From positions 12,102 through 76,101 of the forward strand of contig DATAWL010000057.1 of the NCBI GenBank assembly GCA_036267215.1: 64,000 nucleotides of DNA. The letters are read 5' to 3'. How positions within the stretch are numbered: the first letter of the stretch is position 1; each line of letters opens with the position of its first letter. Of the stretch, positions 29,142-38,574 are shown in pieces. The notes beneath the pieces were generated by a model. That model ran no database searches. It was given only the letters and a program-made list of their open reading frames with translations, and had not been told where the DNA came from. This DNA is from Solirubrobacteraceae bacterium. Lineage in GTDB: Bacteria; Actinomycetota; Thermoleophilia; Solirubrobacterales; Solirubrobacteraceae. Both the position numbers and the translations under genes were made by a program.

Positions 29142-30791
29142 TCAGCCCAGCGCGACCTCGACCAGCAACGGCTCCCGCCGGCCGGCCAGGTGCGGAAGGA
29201 CCTCGTCGAAGGTCTCGATCAGCTGCTCGTGGGTGGCGACGTTGACCGCGGGACAGCCGAGGCAGCGAGCGATGCCGGCGATGTCGATCGAGCCGAACGC
29301 GGGCCAGGCGGCGGCCGCGCCCGCCTGACGGGCCAGCCCGTCCATCACCGCGTACCGGCCGTTGGCCATCACCAGCAACAGGACGCCGACCTCGTAGTGG
29401 GCGGCGCTCCACAGGGCCTGGATGGCGTACATCGACGAGCCGTCGCCGACCACGCCGATGACCGGCCGCTCGGGATTGCCCATGCGCAGTCCGACCGAGC
29501 CGGCGACGCCGAAGCCCAGGCCGCCGTTGCCGCAGGCGACGAAGCCGCCCGGCGCGCTGATCGGGACGCGCTGGTAGAGCTCGGGCTGGCTGGAGGGCGT
29601 CTCCTCGACGATCACCGCGTTGCGGGGCAGGCGCTGCGCCAGCGCGGCGTAGACGTGGCCGGGGGCCAGCGGCTCGTCCGCGCCCGGCGGTGGGGGCGCG
29701 GCCGGTCGCCGCAGGGGCGCCGGCAGGTCGCCGTCGCGCTCGGCCACCTGCTCGGCCAGCGCGCTGCAGGCGGCGGCGACCGGGGCGACGACCGCCAGGC
29801 TGCAGGGACTGCGGTAGGCCTCGGCGGAGTCGTCGGTGAGGACGGCGACCCGGGTGCCCTCGGCGACCATCGGCCCCGGATCGTCATACAGGTACAGCCG
29901 GAACGCGCTCGTGCCGACGGCGACGACCAGATCGTGCGGCGCCAGCGTGTCGCGCATCAGCCTCCGCCGCCACGGCAGGTGGCCGGCGAACTGGGGGTGA
30001 TCCTGGGGGAAGCCGGCGGCGCGCGCGAACGACTCCTGCCAGACCGGGCAGCGCAGCCGCTCGGCCAGGCCGATGACGGACTCCCACCCCTCCTCGCCGC
30101 CGTCGCGCCCCACCACCAGAGCGGGCGAGCGGGCTCGGTCGATCATCTCAGCCAGTTCGGAGACCTCACTCGGGGCGACGGTCGCGGTCCGGACCGTGCG
30201 CTCGGGCCAGCCGGCGGCGAACTCGTCAGCGGGCTCGAGCCAGTCGCCCATCGGGACGACGACGAGCGCCGGCCCGCGGCCGGTGATGGCCTCGTTGTAG
30301 GCGCGGGCGATCGCTCCCGGCACATCCTGTGGACGGACCGGCAGGCTCGACCACACGGGGTACTCGCCGGCCAGCCGCTCGAGCGCCCGGCCGGTGAGAA
30401 ACGGCTCGTAGGCCAGCTGGCGGCGATCCTGCTGGCCCACCAGCACCACCAGCGGCACCCGCATGTCCCGCGCGTTGGCGATCGCGTTGATGGCGTTGCC
30501 CAGGCCGGGCGCGGTGTGGAGGTTGACCAGCGCCGGCTCGCCCCGCGCCACGGCGTAGCCGGTGGCGATGCCGACGACCGCGCCCTCGTGCAGGCCGAGG
30601 ACGAAGTGGATGTCCGAGGGCAGCCCGGCGAGGAACGGGATCTCAGTCGAGCCGGGGTTGCCGAAGATCGTCGTCATCCCGCATCGGCGCAGCACGTCGA
30701 ACACGGCATCGCGGACGGTCCGGACGCCGGAGCGGGGCTCGCGTGGATCGTCTGTCGCGGGCGCGGCGGTGCGTTGCGCTTCGTCGATCAT
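29142..30791 (-). CDS. ThDP-dependent benzoylformate decarboxylase-like enzyme
   Basis: FGNPGSTE, LHEG, NLHTAPGLGN, GDGSSMY...N. Confidence 0.85.
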   Translation of the reverse strand: MIDEAQRTAAPATDDPREPRSGVRTVRDAVFDVLRRCGMTTIFGNPGSTEIPFLAGLPSDIHFVLGLHEGAVVGIATGYAVARGEPALVNLHTAPGLGNAINAIANARDMRVPLVVLVGQQDRRQLAYEPFLTGRALERLAGEYPVWSSLPVRPQDVPGAIARAYNEAITGRGPALVVVPMGDWLEPADEFAAGWPERTVRTATVAPSEVSELAEMIDRARSPALVVGRDGGEEGWESVIGLAERLRCPVWQESFARAAGFPQDHPQFAGHLPWRRRLMRDTLAPHDLVVAVGTSAFRLYLYDDPGPMVAEGTRVAVLTDDSAEAYRSPCSLAVVAPVAAACSALAEQVAERDGDLPAPLRRPAAPPPPGADEPLAPGHVYAALAQRLPRNAVIVEETPSSQPELYQRVPISAPGGFVACGNGGLGFGVAGSVGLRMGNPERPVIGVVGDGSSMYAIQALWSAAHYEVGVLLLVMANGRYAVMDGLARQAGAAAAWPAFGSIDIAGIARCLGCPAVNVATHEQLIETFDEVLPHLAGRREPLLVEVALG

Positions 30792-30836
30792 GGCTTTGCT
30801 CGCGGGGCGGGCGCTTCCCGGCGCCGAACGCTATCA

Positions 30837-30872
30837 CGTACGCTTTGTGAACAATCGGTCACAGTGCGTACG
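30837..30872. promoter_or_regulatory. 36-bp imperfect palindrome in divergent promoter (candidate operator)
   Basis: CGTACGC-TT-TGTGA-N8-TCACA-GT-GCGTACG. Confidence 0.5.
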
Positions 30873-30932
30873 ACCGCCCCTCCGGGCGGTCCGGCTGAGC
30901 GCAGGTTCGAGCACGAGCCAAGGAGAGAGGTT

Positions 30933-31679
30933 GTGCCGCTGAAGGGACTGAACGAGAGGGTGGTGATCGTCACCGGAGGCGCCTCCGGTATCGGCCGTGC
31001 GACCGCCGCGCGCCTGGTGGCCGAGGGCGCGCGCGTCGCGCTGGTCGACATCGACGGCGACGCCGCCTCCGCCGCCGCGGCCGAGTTGGGCGACGGCGTC
31101 CTGCCGCTGGCCGCCGACGTCGCCTCCGAGGACGACGTCAGCCGCTACTTCGCGGCGACCACCGAGCACTTCGGCCGGGTCGACTCGCTGCACAACAACG
31201 CGGGGATCGAGGGACCGGTCACCCCGCTCGTCGACTTCGAGACCGACCAGTTCGAGCGCCTGCTGGCGATCAACTACCGCGGGGTGTTCCTCAACCTGCG
31301 CCAGATGCTGCGGTGCGCCCGCCGTGCCGGCTCGAAGGCCACGATCGTCAACACCTCGTCGGGCACCGGCCTGCACGGCGTCCCCGGGCTGAGCATCTAC
31401 GGGTCGACCAAGTCGGCGATCATCGGCCTGACCCGCACGGCCGCGGTCGAGAACGCCGCCGCCGGAATCCGCGTCAACGCCGTCGCCCCCGGCCCGGTCG
31501 ACACGCCGATGATGGGCCGCTTCCCCGGCGAGTTCAGCGACGAGGCGGCAGCACGGCTGCCGGTGGGCCGGATGGGCGCGGCTGACGAGATCGCCGCCCT
31601 GGTGGCGTTCCTGCTCTCCGACGAGGCCCCGTTCATCACCGGCTCGGTGTTCTCCATCGATGGCGGTGAGACGGCATGA
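30933..31679 (+). CDS. Classical SDR oxidoreductase
   Basis: GTG after AGGAG; TGGASGIG, NNAG, YGSTK. Confidence 0.92.
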   Translation: MPLKGLNERVVIVTGGASGIGRATAARLVAEGARVALVDIDGDAASAAAAELGDGVLPLAADVASEDDVSRYFAATTEHFGRVDSLHNNAGIEGPVTPLVDFETDQFERLLAINYRGVFLNLRQMLRCARRAGSKATIVNTSSGTGLHGVPGLSIYGSTKSAIIGLTRTAAVENAAAGIRVNAVAPGPVDTPMMGRFPGEFSDEAAARLPVGRMGAADEIAALVAFLLSDEAPFITGSVFSIDGGETA

Positions 31680-33178
31680 CGGCCTCGCGGACGGGCGAGC
31701 CCGCCCGGGCGGTGGCCGCCAATCCGGCCGACCTCGGGGTGCTGGACGCGGCGGCGGCGCTGCGCGCGGGCAGCCTCTCATCGCTGGAGCTGACCGAGGC
31801 CTGCCTGCGGACGATCGACCGGGTCAACGGCGGCCCGCCCAGCTTCGACGGGCGCCCGGATGCGATCAACGCCTGGGTGCGCCTGTATCCCGAGCGTGCG
31901 CTGCGCGCCGCCCGTGCCGCCGACGAGCGGCGGGCGCGGGAGGGCCAGGACGCGCCGCTATTGTGCGGGATCCCGATCGGGCTCAAGGACCTCTACGGGG
32001 TCGCCGGCCTGCCGCTGACGGCCTCCAGCCGCGTGCTGGAGGACAACGTGGCCGCGACCGACGCCACCGCGTGGTCGCGGCTGGCCGGTCAGGGCATGGT
32101 GCTGATCGGCCACACCCACACCCACGAGTTCGCGGCCGGAGGCACCACCGACCAGGTCGGCAACCCCTGGTCGCTGGATCGCGTCGCCGGTGGCTCCAGC
32201 GGCGGCAGCGCCGCCGCGCTGGCCGCCCGGATGGTCCCGGCGGCCCTCGGCAGCGACACCTGCGGCTCGGTGCGGATCCCCTCGGCCTGCTGTGGGACCA
32301 GCGCGGTCAAGCCGACCCACGGCCTGCTGGCGCTCGACGGGATCATCCCGCTGGCGCCGAGCCTGGATCACCCGGGGCCGATGGCCCGCGCCATCGCCGA
32401 CTGCGCCGCGCTGCTGACCGGGCTGCTGCGCGGAGACCCGCCGGCCAGCGCCGTGTCTCCCCCACCCGCGCCGGCGGGTCCGCTTCCGCTCACCGCCACC
32501 GCGTCCGCGCGCCCGCTGGAGGGCCTGACCATCGCCCTGACCGATCGCACCGATCGGGTGGTGATCGACGCCGAGATCGACGCCGCCCTCGGCACTGCCC
32601 GGCGGGCCTGCGAGCACCTCGGCGCCCGCGTGGTCTCGGCACCCGCGCCGTGGGCGCTGGACTGGGACGACCTCAGCACCGTCCTGTTCACCGACACCTG
32701 GGCCTACCACGCCCGCCACGCGGACCGGGCCGACTGCTACCGCCCGGCCATCGCCGAGTTCCTCGAGGCCGCCCGCACGTTCACCGCGGCCGAGCCGTAC
32801 CTGGCCGCCCAGCGCCGGCGCGACGAGGGCACCTCCGCCTGGGAGCGGTGGTTCGCCGAGCGCCAGATCGACCTCGTCCTCGAGCCGACGCTCCCGATCG
32901 TGCCCTACCGCCGCGGGCCCGGCTATGACCGCGGTCACGCCGGCGGCGCGGGCGACCCGATGATCGCCCTGACCGCGACCTGGGACATGACCGGGATGCC
33001 GGTGGCCGCGCTGCCGGTGACCTGGGAGGCGAACGTCTCGCTGATCGCGCCACGCGGCCGCGAGGCCACGATGCTGCAGGCCGCCATCGACCTCCAGGAG
33101 CACGAGCTCGGGGTGCCGCGGTGGTCGCCACGTGAGAGAATCGACGACGCCACGACCGACGGTTGGGAGGGAACATGA
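31676..33178 (+). CDS. Amidase-signature family enzyme
   Basis: GLKDL, GGSSGGSAAA, GSDTCGSVRIPS (Lys-cisSer-Ser triad). Confidence 0.92.
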   Translation: MTASRTGEPARAVAANPADLGVLDAAAALRAGSLSSLELTEACLRTIDRVNGGPPSFDGRPDAINAWVRLYPERALRAARAADERRAREGQDAPLLCGIPIGLKDLYGVAGLPLTASSRVLEDNVAATDATAWSRLAGQGMVLIGHTHTHEFAAGGTTDQVGNPWSLDRVAGGSSGGSAAALAARMVPAALGSDTCGSVRIPSACCGTSAVKPTHGLLALDGIIPLAPSLDHPGPMARAIADCAALLTGLLRGDPPASAVSPPPAPAGPLPLTATASARPLEGLTIALTDRTDRVVIDAEIDAALGTARRACEHLGARVVSAPAPWALDWDDLSTVLFTDTWAYHARHADRADCYRPAIAEFLEAARTFTAAEPYLAAQRRRDEGTSAWERWFAERQIDLVLEPTLPIVPYRRGPGYDRGHAGGAGDPMIALTATWDMTGMPVAALPVTWEANVSLIAPRGREATMLQAAIDLQEHELGVPRWSPRERIDDATTDGWEGT

Positions 33179-35145
33179 TCGGCGACATCCTGTGGGAGCC
33201 GCCGTCCGATCTGCGCCAGAGCACGGAGATCGGCCGGTTCATGGAGTGGGTGCGCGAGCACCGCGGCCGCGACTTTCGCTCCTACGACGATCTGTGGCGC
33301 TGGTCGGTGACCAACCTCGAGGGTTTCTGGGGCTCGCTGTGGGAGTTCTACGAGGTCAAGGACCATGGCGCCTACGAGACGGTGCTCGCCTCGCGCGAGA
33401 TGCCCGGCGCGGTCTGGTTCCCGGGCGCGCGGATCAACTACGCCGAGCACCTGGTGGGCCGTGACGAGGACTCCGACCGGGTGGCGATCCTGGGCCAGAC
33501 CCAGACCCGCCCGGACGTCGAGCTGACATTCGGCGACCTGCGCGATCAGGTGGCCCGGGTCCGCGCGGGACTCCAACGGCTGGGGGTGGGCAAGGGCGAC
33601 CGCGTCGTCGCCTATCTGCCGAACATCCCGGAGACGCTGGTGGCGTTCGCCGCCACCGCCAGCCTCGGCGCCATCTGGGCGGCGTGCGCCCCCGAGTTCG
33701 GGGCGCGCAGCGTGATCGACCGCTTCGCCCAGATCGAGCCCAAGGTGCTGCTGGCGATCGGGGGCTACGGCTTCCGCGATCGCTATGTCGACCGCCGCGA
33801 GGAGGTCGAGACCATCCGGCGGCGGCTGACCACGCTCGAGCACGTCGTGAGCGTCCCCTACGGCGAGGCCGAGGTGCCCGACGCCATCTCCTGGACGGAG
33901 CTGAGCCAGATGCCCGGTGAGCTGGCGTTTGAGCCCGTCGGGTTCGACCATCCCCTGTACGTGCTGTTCTCCTCGGGCACCACCGGGCTGCCCAAGGCGA
34001 TCGTCCACGGCCACGGCGGCCAGCTGATCGAGCACTTCAAGAACCAGGGCATCGGCTGGGACCTCAAGCCCGGCCAGCGCCTGCAGTGGTTCTCGACCAC
34101 CGCCTGGATGATGTGGAACGCGCTGGTCTCGGGACTGCTGCTGCGGGCCTCGATCGTCATGCTCGACGGCGACCCCGCCTGGCCGGACCTGGCCCAGCAG
34201 TGGCGGCTGGCCGAGCGCAACCGGGCGACGGTCCTGGGCGTTTCGCCGCCGTACCTGATGGCCTGCCGCAAGGCCGGAATCGATCTGCGCAACGACTTCG
34301 ACCTCAGCTCGCTGCGCACGCTGTGCACGGCCGGCTCGCCACTGCCCGCCGAGGGCTACCGGTGGGTCTACGAGCAGCTCGGTCCCGACATCCTGCTGAT
34401 CAACGGCTCCGGGGGCACCGACGTGTGCACCGGCCTGGTGTCCGGCTGCGTCGGAGCCCCGGTGTACGAGGGCGAGATCTCGTGCGCCTGCCTCGGGGTC
34501 GACGCCAAGGCGTTCGACGCCGACGGCAACCAGGTCGTCGGCGAGCTCGGCGAGCTGGTGATCACCAGCCCGATGCCGTCGATGCCGGTGGCGCTGTGGG
34601 GAGATGATGACGGCGAGCGCTATCGCTCCTCCTATTTCGACCGCTATCCCGGCGTGTGGCGCCAGGGGGACTGGATCCGCTTCTCACAGCGCGGCACCTG
34701 CGTGCTGACCGGCCGCTCCGACGCCACGCTGAACCGCGGCGGGGTCCGCCTGGGGACCGGCGAGTTCTACACCGTGGTGGAGGAGTTCCCCCAGATCGCC
34801 GACGCGCTGGTCGTTCACCTGGAGGACGACGGCGGCGGTATGGGCGAGCTGCTGCTGTTCGTGGTGCCCGCGCCGGGCGCGATCCTCGACGAGGACGTGC
34901 TCCAGCGCGTCAACGGCGCCCTGCGCAAGGAGCTCTCGCCACGCCACGTGCCGGACAAGATCGTCGCGGTCACCGCCATCCCCCGCACCCTCACCGGCAA
35001 GAAGCTCGAGGCCCCGGTCAAGCGGATCCTCCGCGGCGAGGCGGCCGAGAAGGTCGCCAGCCGTGACTCGCTGGCCGATCCGGCGGCCCTGGATGCGTTC
35101 GTCGCGCTGGCCGCCGAACGCACGGTCCGAGCTCCTTTAACATGA
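33175..35145 (+). CDS. Acetoacetate--CoA ligase-like acyl-CoA synthetase
   Basis: WFPGARINYAE, FSSGTTGLPKAIVHGHGG, TTAWMMWN, GRSDATLNRGGVR, GKKLE. Confidence 0.9.
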   Translation: MIGDILWEPPSDLRQSTEIGRFMEWVREHRGRDFRSYDDLWRWSVTNLEGFWGSLWEFYEVKDHGAYETVLASREMPGAVWFPGARINYAEHLVGRDEDSDRVAILGQTQTRPDVELTFGDLRDQVARVRAGLQRLGVGKGDRVVAYLPNIPETLVAFAATASLGAIWAACAPEFGARSVIDRFAQIEPKVLLAIGGYGFRDRYVDRREEVETIRRRLTTLEHVVSVPYGEAEVPDAISWTELSQMPGELAFEPVGFDHPLYVLFSSGTTGLPKAIVHGHGGQLIEHFKNQGIGWDLKPGQRLQWFSTTAWMMWNALVSGLLLRASIVMLDGDPAWPDLAQQWRLAERNRATVLGVSPPYLMACRKAGIDLRNDFDLSSLRTLCTAGSPLPAEGYRWVYEQLGPDILLINGSGGTDVCTGLVSGCVGAPVYEGEISCACLGVDAKAFDADGNQVVGELGELVITSPMPSMPVALWGDDDGERYRSSYFDRYPGVWRQGDWIRFSQRGTCVLTGRSDATLNRGGVRLGTGEFYTVVEEFPQIADALVVHLEDDGGGMGELLLFVVPAPGAILDEDVLQRVNGALRKELSPRHVPDKIVAVTAIPRTLTGKKLEAPVKRILRGEAAEKVASRDSLADPAALDAFVALAAERTVRAPLT

Positions 35146-35195
35146 GCGTCGAGCGATTTCGCCGCAAACAGCGGGATGGGAGAGAGTGACCGCAG

Positions 35196-36209
35196 ATGGC
35201 TCTAGCTGAGGCGCCGACCTACGAGGCGGCGAACGGCCGCCCGCCGGAGCACTGGCGCCCGCGCGGGGCCGACGCCGCCAGCCGGATGCGCTCGTGGTCG
35301 GAGATCCTGGCCACCACGCATCTCGCGTTCGACGTGCGGCCGACCTACCGGACGCCCAAGCGCTTCCAGGCGGCCGTCACCCGCCGGGCGATCGGCGATC
35401 TGATGCTGGTCGACTGCGCCGCCTCGCCGTTCCTGGGCCGGCGGACCACGGCGGTGATCGGCAGCCATCCGGAGGGCCACGAGGACGTGCTCGGGTTCCA
35501 GTTCGTCTGCAAGGGGGTCGAGCTGGTCCGCGAGGGGGGGCGCCAGCTGGCGCTCAAGCCCGGGGACGTCGTCCTGTGGGACGGGCTGCAGCCGACCGAG
35601 ATCGAGATCGCCGAGGCGTTCTACAAGCGCACGCTGCTGTTCCCCCGCAACCATGTCCTGGCGGTGTGCCCGCGGCTGGCCGAGCTGGACTCGCTGCCCT
35701 CGCTGAGCGGCAGCGCCAGCGCGCGGCTGCTGGTGCGCTTCATGAACGCGCTCGCCGTCGAGCTGCCCCGCCTCGACGGCGCCGCCGGAGCGGCCGCCGC
35801 CAACGCGGCGCTGGAGCTGCTGAGGGCGGCGGTGGAGCCGGCGCTGCCCAACGACCGGTCCGCGGCGCGATCGGCGATGCGCGCAGAGATCGCCCGCTAC
35901 GTGCGCACCCATCTCCAGGAGCCCCAGCTCGGCCCCGCCTCGATCGCCCGCGCCTACGCGATGTCCGTGCGGACGCTACATGCGCTGTTCGAGGGGGTCG
36001 ACGCGTCCGTCGCCGGGCTGGTGCGCTCCGAGCGCCTCGCCCGCTGCCTGGAGGACCTTCAGCAACCCAACGGAGGCTCGGTGACCGACATCGCCTTCCG
36101 CTGGGGCTTCTGCGACGCCGCGCACTTCTCGCGAGTGTTCAAGCGCGAGTTCGGGGCCACCCCCTCAGAGGTCCGCCAGGCCGCGCTGAGCGCCTACCCC
36201 ACGGCCTGA
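35196..36209 (+). CDS. AraC-family regulator (FeaR-like ligand domain)
   Basis: MSVRTLHALF and VTDIAFRWGFCDAAHFSRVFKREFGATPSE. Confidence 0.9.
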   Translation: MALAEAPTYEAANGRPPEHWRPRGADAASRMRSWSEILATTHLAFDVRPTYRTPKRFQAAVTRRAIGDLMLVDCAASPFLGRRTTAVIGSHPEGHEDVLGFQFVCKGVELVREGGRQLALKPGDVVLWDGLQPTEIEIAEAFYKRTLLFPRNHVLAVCPRLAELDSLPSLSGSASARLLVRFMNALAVELPRLDGAAGAAAANAALELLRAAVEPALPNDRSAARSAMRAEIARYVRTHLQEPQLGPASIARAYAMSVRTLHALFEGVDASVAGLVRSERLARCLEDLQQPNGGSVTDIAFRWGFCDAAHFSRVFKREFGATPSEVRQAALSAYPTA

Positions 36210-36228
36210 GGTCGTTCTGAGACGGCCT

Positions 36229-36852
36229 CTAGCCGGCGCCGTTGCCGGTCTCGTCAAAGCCGCGGGCCAGGTGCCGGTAGGCGTCGCGCAGGTGGGACTC
36301 GAGGTTCTCGTCAGGGTGGCGGACCCAGCGCATGAACGCCGCCATCGACGCGCCCAGGGCCATCTGCCCCACCATGATCGGCACCAGATCGTCGGACCGC
36401 TGCCCGAGGCGCTCGGCCACGAACTCCGAGACGACCTGGCGCCACTCGGCGTAGCGGACCATCGAGTGGGCCTGGAGCGCCGGGACGCCGGTGATCAAGG
36501 TCATGCGCAACCGCAGATCCTCCAGCGCGTCGCCCTCGTAGTGGTTGGACTCGACCACCGCCCGCCCCAGCGTGTCCATCATCCGCTCGCCGCGGCGCGC
36601 CGAGGCCAGCCTGGCGCGAAGCCGCTCCAGGACGCCCTCGAAGTCGCCCCACACCATGTCGTTCTTGGATGCGAAGTAGCGAAACAGCGTGCGGCGTCCG
36701 ATGCCGACGGCCGCCGCGATGTCCGCCAGCGTGGTGGCCTCGAAGCCCTGGGCGACGAACAGCGTCAGCGCGGTCCGGGCCACCTGGTCCCGGCTCGTGC
36801 TGGGCGGTCGACCGCGCGCCGGTCGGACTCGGCTGGCCACTGGGGCGGACAT
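36229..36852 (-). CDS. mftR: Mycofactocin system TetR regulator
   Basis: GIGRRTLFRYFASKNDMVWGDF and PALQAHSMVRYAEWR; divergent from mftA. Confidence 0.92.
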   Translation of the reverse strand: MSAPVASRVRPARGRPPSTSRDQVARTALTLFVAQGFEATTLADIAAAVGIGRRTLFRYFASKNDMVWGDFEGVLERLRARLASARRGERMMDTLGRAVVESNHYEGDALEDLRLRMTLITGVPALQAHSMVRYAEWRQVVSEFVAERLGQRSDDLVPIMVGQMALGASMAAFMRWVRHPDENLESHLRDAYRHLARGFDETGNGAG

Positions 36853-36881
36853 CCGGTATGTAATCTAACCGCCGCTTGATA

Positions 36882-36900
36882 TCTGGCACCGGGTGCGATA
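36882..36900. promoter_or_regulatory. Candidate MftR operator
   Basis: TCTGGCACCGGGTGCGATA matches the T-N2-GGCA-N5-TGCC-N2-A pattern (recalled from mycobacterial MftR) with one mismatch; lies between mftR and mftA. Confidence 0.7.
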
Positions 36901-36942
36901 AATCATGCCCCGTGGTACCCCTGACATCGAGGAGAGGATTTC

Positions 36943-37092
36943 ATGACGCAGAGCAAGCCGCCGACGACCGAGGAGCCGGCCGTCGCCGACGCCACCCCCC
37001 CGACCGCCGACGACCGTCCGGAGCCCGAGCTGGTCGAGGAGGACCTGCTGGTCGAGGACGTCTCGATCGACGGGATGTGCGGCGTCTACTAG
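36943..37092 (+). CDS. mftA: Mycofactocin precursor peptide (49 aa)
   Basis: Manual translation MTQSKPPTTEEPAVADATPPTADDRPEPELVEEDLLVEDVSIDGMCGVY*; invariant IDGMCGVY; GAGGAGAGG RBS. Confidence 0.97.
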   Translation: MTQSKPPTTEEPAVADATPPTADDRPEPELVEEDLLVEDVSIDGMCGVY

Positions 37093-37117
37093 TGGCCGCC
37101 CACGTGACGACGGACCA

Positions 37118-37402
37118 GTGAAAGCGATGGCGTTTGACCTGCACCGCGCGTGGGACCTCGAGCGTCAGGTGGCGCTGCGGCCCGAGCCGTTCGGGGCGCT
37201 GGCCTACCACTTCGGCACGCGCCGGCTCTCGTTTCTGAAGACGCGCAAGCTGCTGACGGTCGTCCAGGCGCTGGGCGAGCACCCCACCGGGCTGGATGCC
37301 TGTCGCGCCGCCGGAGTGTCGGAGGCGGAGCTGCCCGGCTACGCCCGTGCGCTCGAGTCGCTGGCCGGCTCCGGGATGCTGGTCGAGCGCGGCGGGGCAT
37401 GA
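37118..37402 (+). CDS. mftB: Mycofactocin peptide chaperone (RRE)
   Basis: VALRPEPFGALAYHFGTRRLSFLK. Confidence 0.95.
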   Translation: MKAMAFDLHRAWDLERQVALRPEPFGALAYHFGTRRLSFLKTRKLLTVVQALGEHPTGLDACRAAGVSEAELPGYARALESLAGSGMLVERGGA

Positions 37403-38574
37403 GCGCCACCACAAACCGCGTGCCCCGGCTGGTCGATCAGTTCGAGTCCGGCCTCGACGCTCCCATCTGCCTGACCTGGGAGCTGACCTACGCCTGCAAC
37501 CTGGCCTGCGTCCATTGCCTGTCGAGCTCGGGGCGCCGCGATCCCCGCGAGCTGTCGACCGAGGAGTGCATGGCGGTGATCGACGAGCTGCAGCGCATGC
37601 AGGTCTTCTACGTGAACATCGGCGGCGGCGAGCCCACCGTCCGGCGCGACTTCTGGGAGCTGGTCGACTACGCCACCGGTCACGACGTCGGTGTCAAGTT
37701 CTCGACCAACGGCTCGCGGATCACCGACGCGGCGGCACGCCGTCTGGCCGCCAGCGACTACGTCGACGTGCAGATCTCGCTCGACGGCGCGACCGCGGAG
37801 GTCAACGACCCGATCCGCGGCACCGGCTCCTACGCCACCGCGATCACCGCCATGGAGCGCCTGGCGCAGGCGGGGATGGCCGGGTTCAAGATCTCGGTCG
37901 TCGTCACCCGCGGGAACGTCTCCCAGCTCGACGCCTTCCAGGCGATCGCCGATCGCTACGGCGCCCAGCTGCGGATCACCCGGCTGCGGCCGTCCGGGCG
38001 CGGCGCCGACGTGTGGGACGAGCTGCACCCGACGGCCCGGCAACAGCGCGAGCTCTACGACTGGCTGGTCGCCCGCGGCGAGCGGGTGCTCACCGGCGAC
38101 TCGTTCTTTCACCTCGCGGCCTACGGGGACCCGCTCCCCGGCCTGAACCTGTGCGGCGCCGGGCGGGTCGTGTGCCTGATCGATCCGGTCGGCGACGTCT
38201 ACGCCTGCCCGTTCGCGATCCACGAGGCGTTCCTGGCCGGCAACGTGCGCGGACCGGGCGGCTTTCAGTCGGTGTGGCGGGAGTCCGAGCTCTTCCGTGA
38301 CCTGCGCCGTCCGCAGACCGGCGGGGCGTGCCGGTCGTGCGGCCACTACGACTCGTGCCGGGGCGGCTGCATGGCCGCCAAGTTCTTCACCGGCCTGCCC
38401 CTCGACGGCCCCGACCCCGAGTGCGTGCTCGGGCACGGCGAGTCCCTGCTGGAGCTGCTCGAGAGCCGCGAGGTGCCCCGGGCCGCCACCGACCACTCGC
38501 GGCGCTCTCCTCACCCGCCCGTCGCGGCCTGCGACGAGAGCCCAGTGGCCGAGCTCACGATCCACCACCGCTGA
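37399..38574 (+). CDS. mftC: Mycofactocin radical SAM/SPASM maturase
   Basis: GLDAPICLTWELTYACNLACVHCLSSSG; CGAGRVVCLIDPVGDVYACPF; CRGGCMAAKFFTG. Confidence 0.96.
   Translation: MSATTNRVPRLVDQFESGLDAPICLTWELTYACNLACVHCLSSSGRRDPRELSTEECMAVIDELQRMQVFYVNIGGGEPTVRRDFWELVDYATGHDVGVKFSTNGSRITDAAARRLAASDYVDVQISLDGATAEVNDPIRGTGSYATAITAMERLAQAGMAGFKISVVVTRGNVSQLDAFQAIADRYGAQLRITRLRPSGRGADVWDELHPTARQQRELYDWLVARGERVLTGDSFFHLAAYGDPLPGLNLCGAGRVVCLIDPVGDVYACPFAIHEAFLAGNVRGPGGFQSVWRESELFRDLRRPQTGGACRSCGHYDSCRGGCMAAKFFTGLPLDGPDPECVLGHGESLLELLESREVPRAATDHSRRSPHPPVAACDESPVAELTIHHR

Noticed and set aside
30846-30863. CRP/GlxR binding site
   Set aside because: Half-site spacing is 8 bp rather than 6; kept only as a generic dyad.
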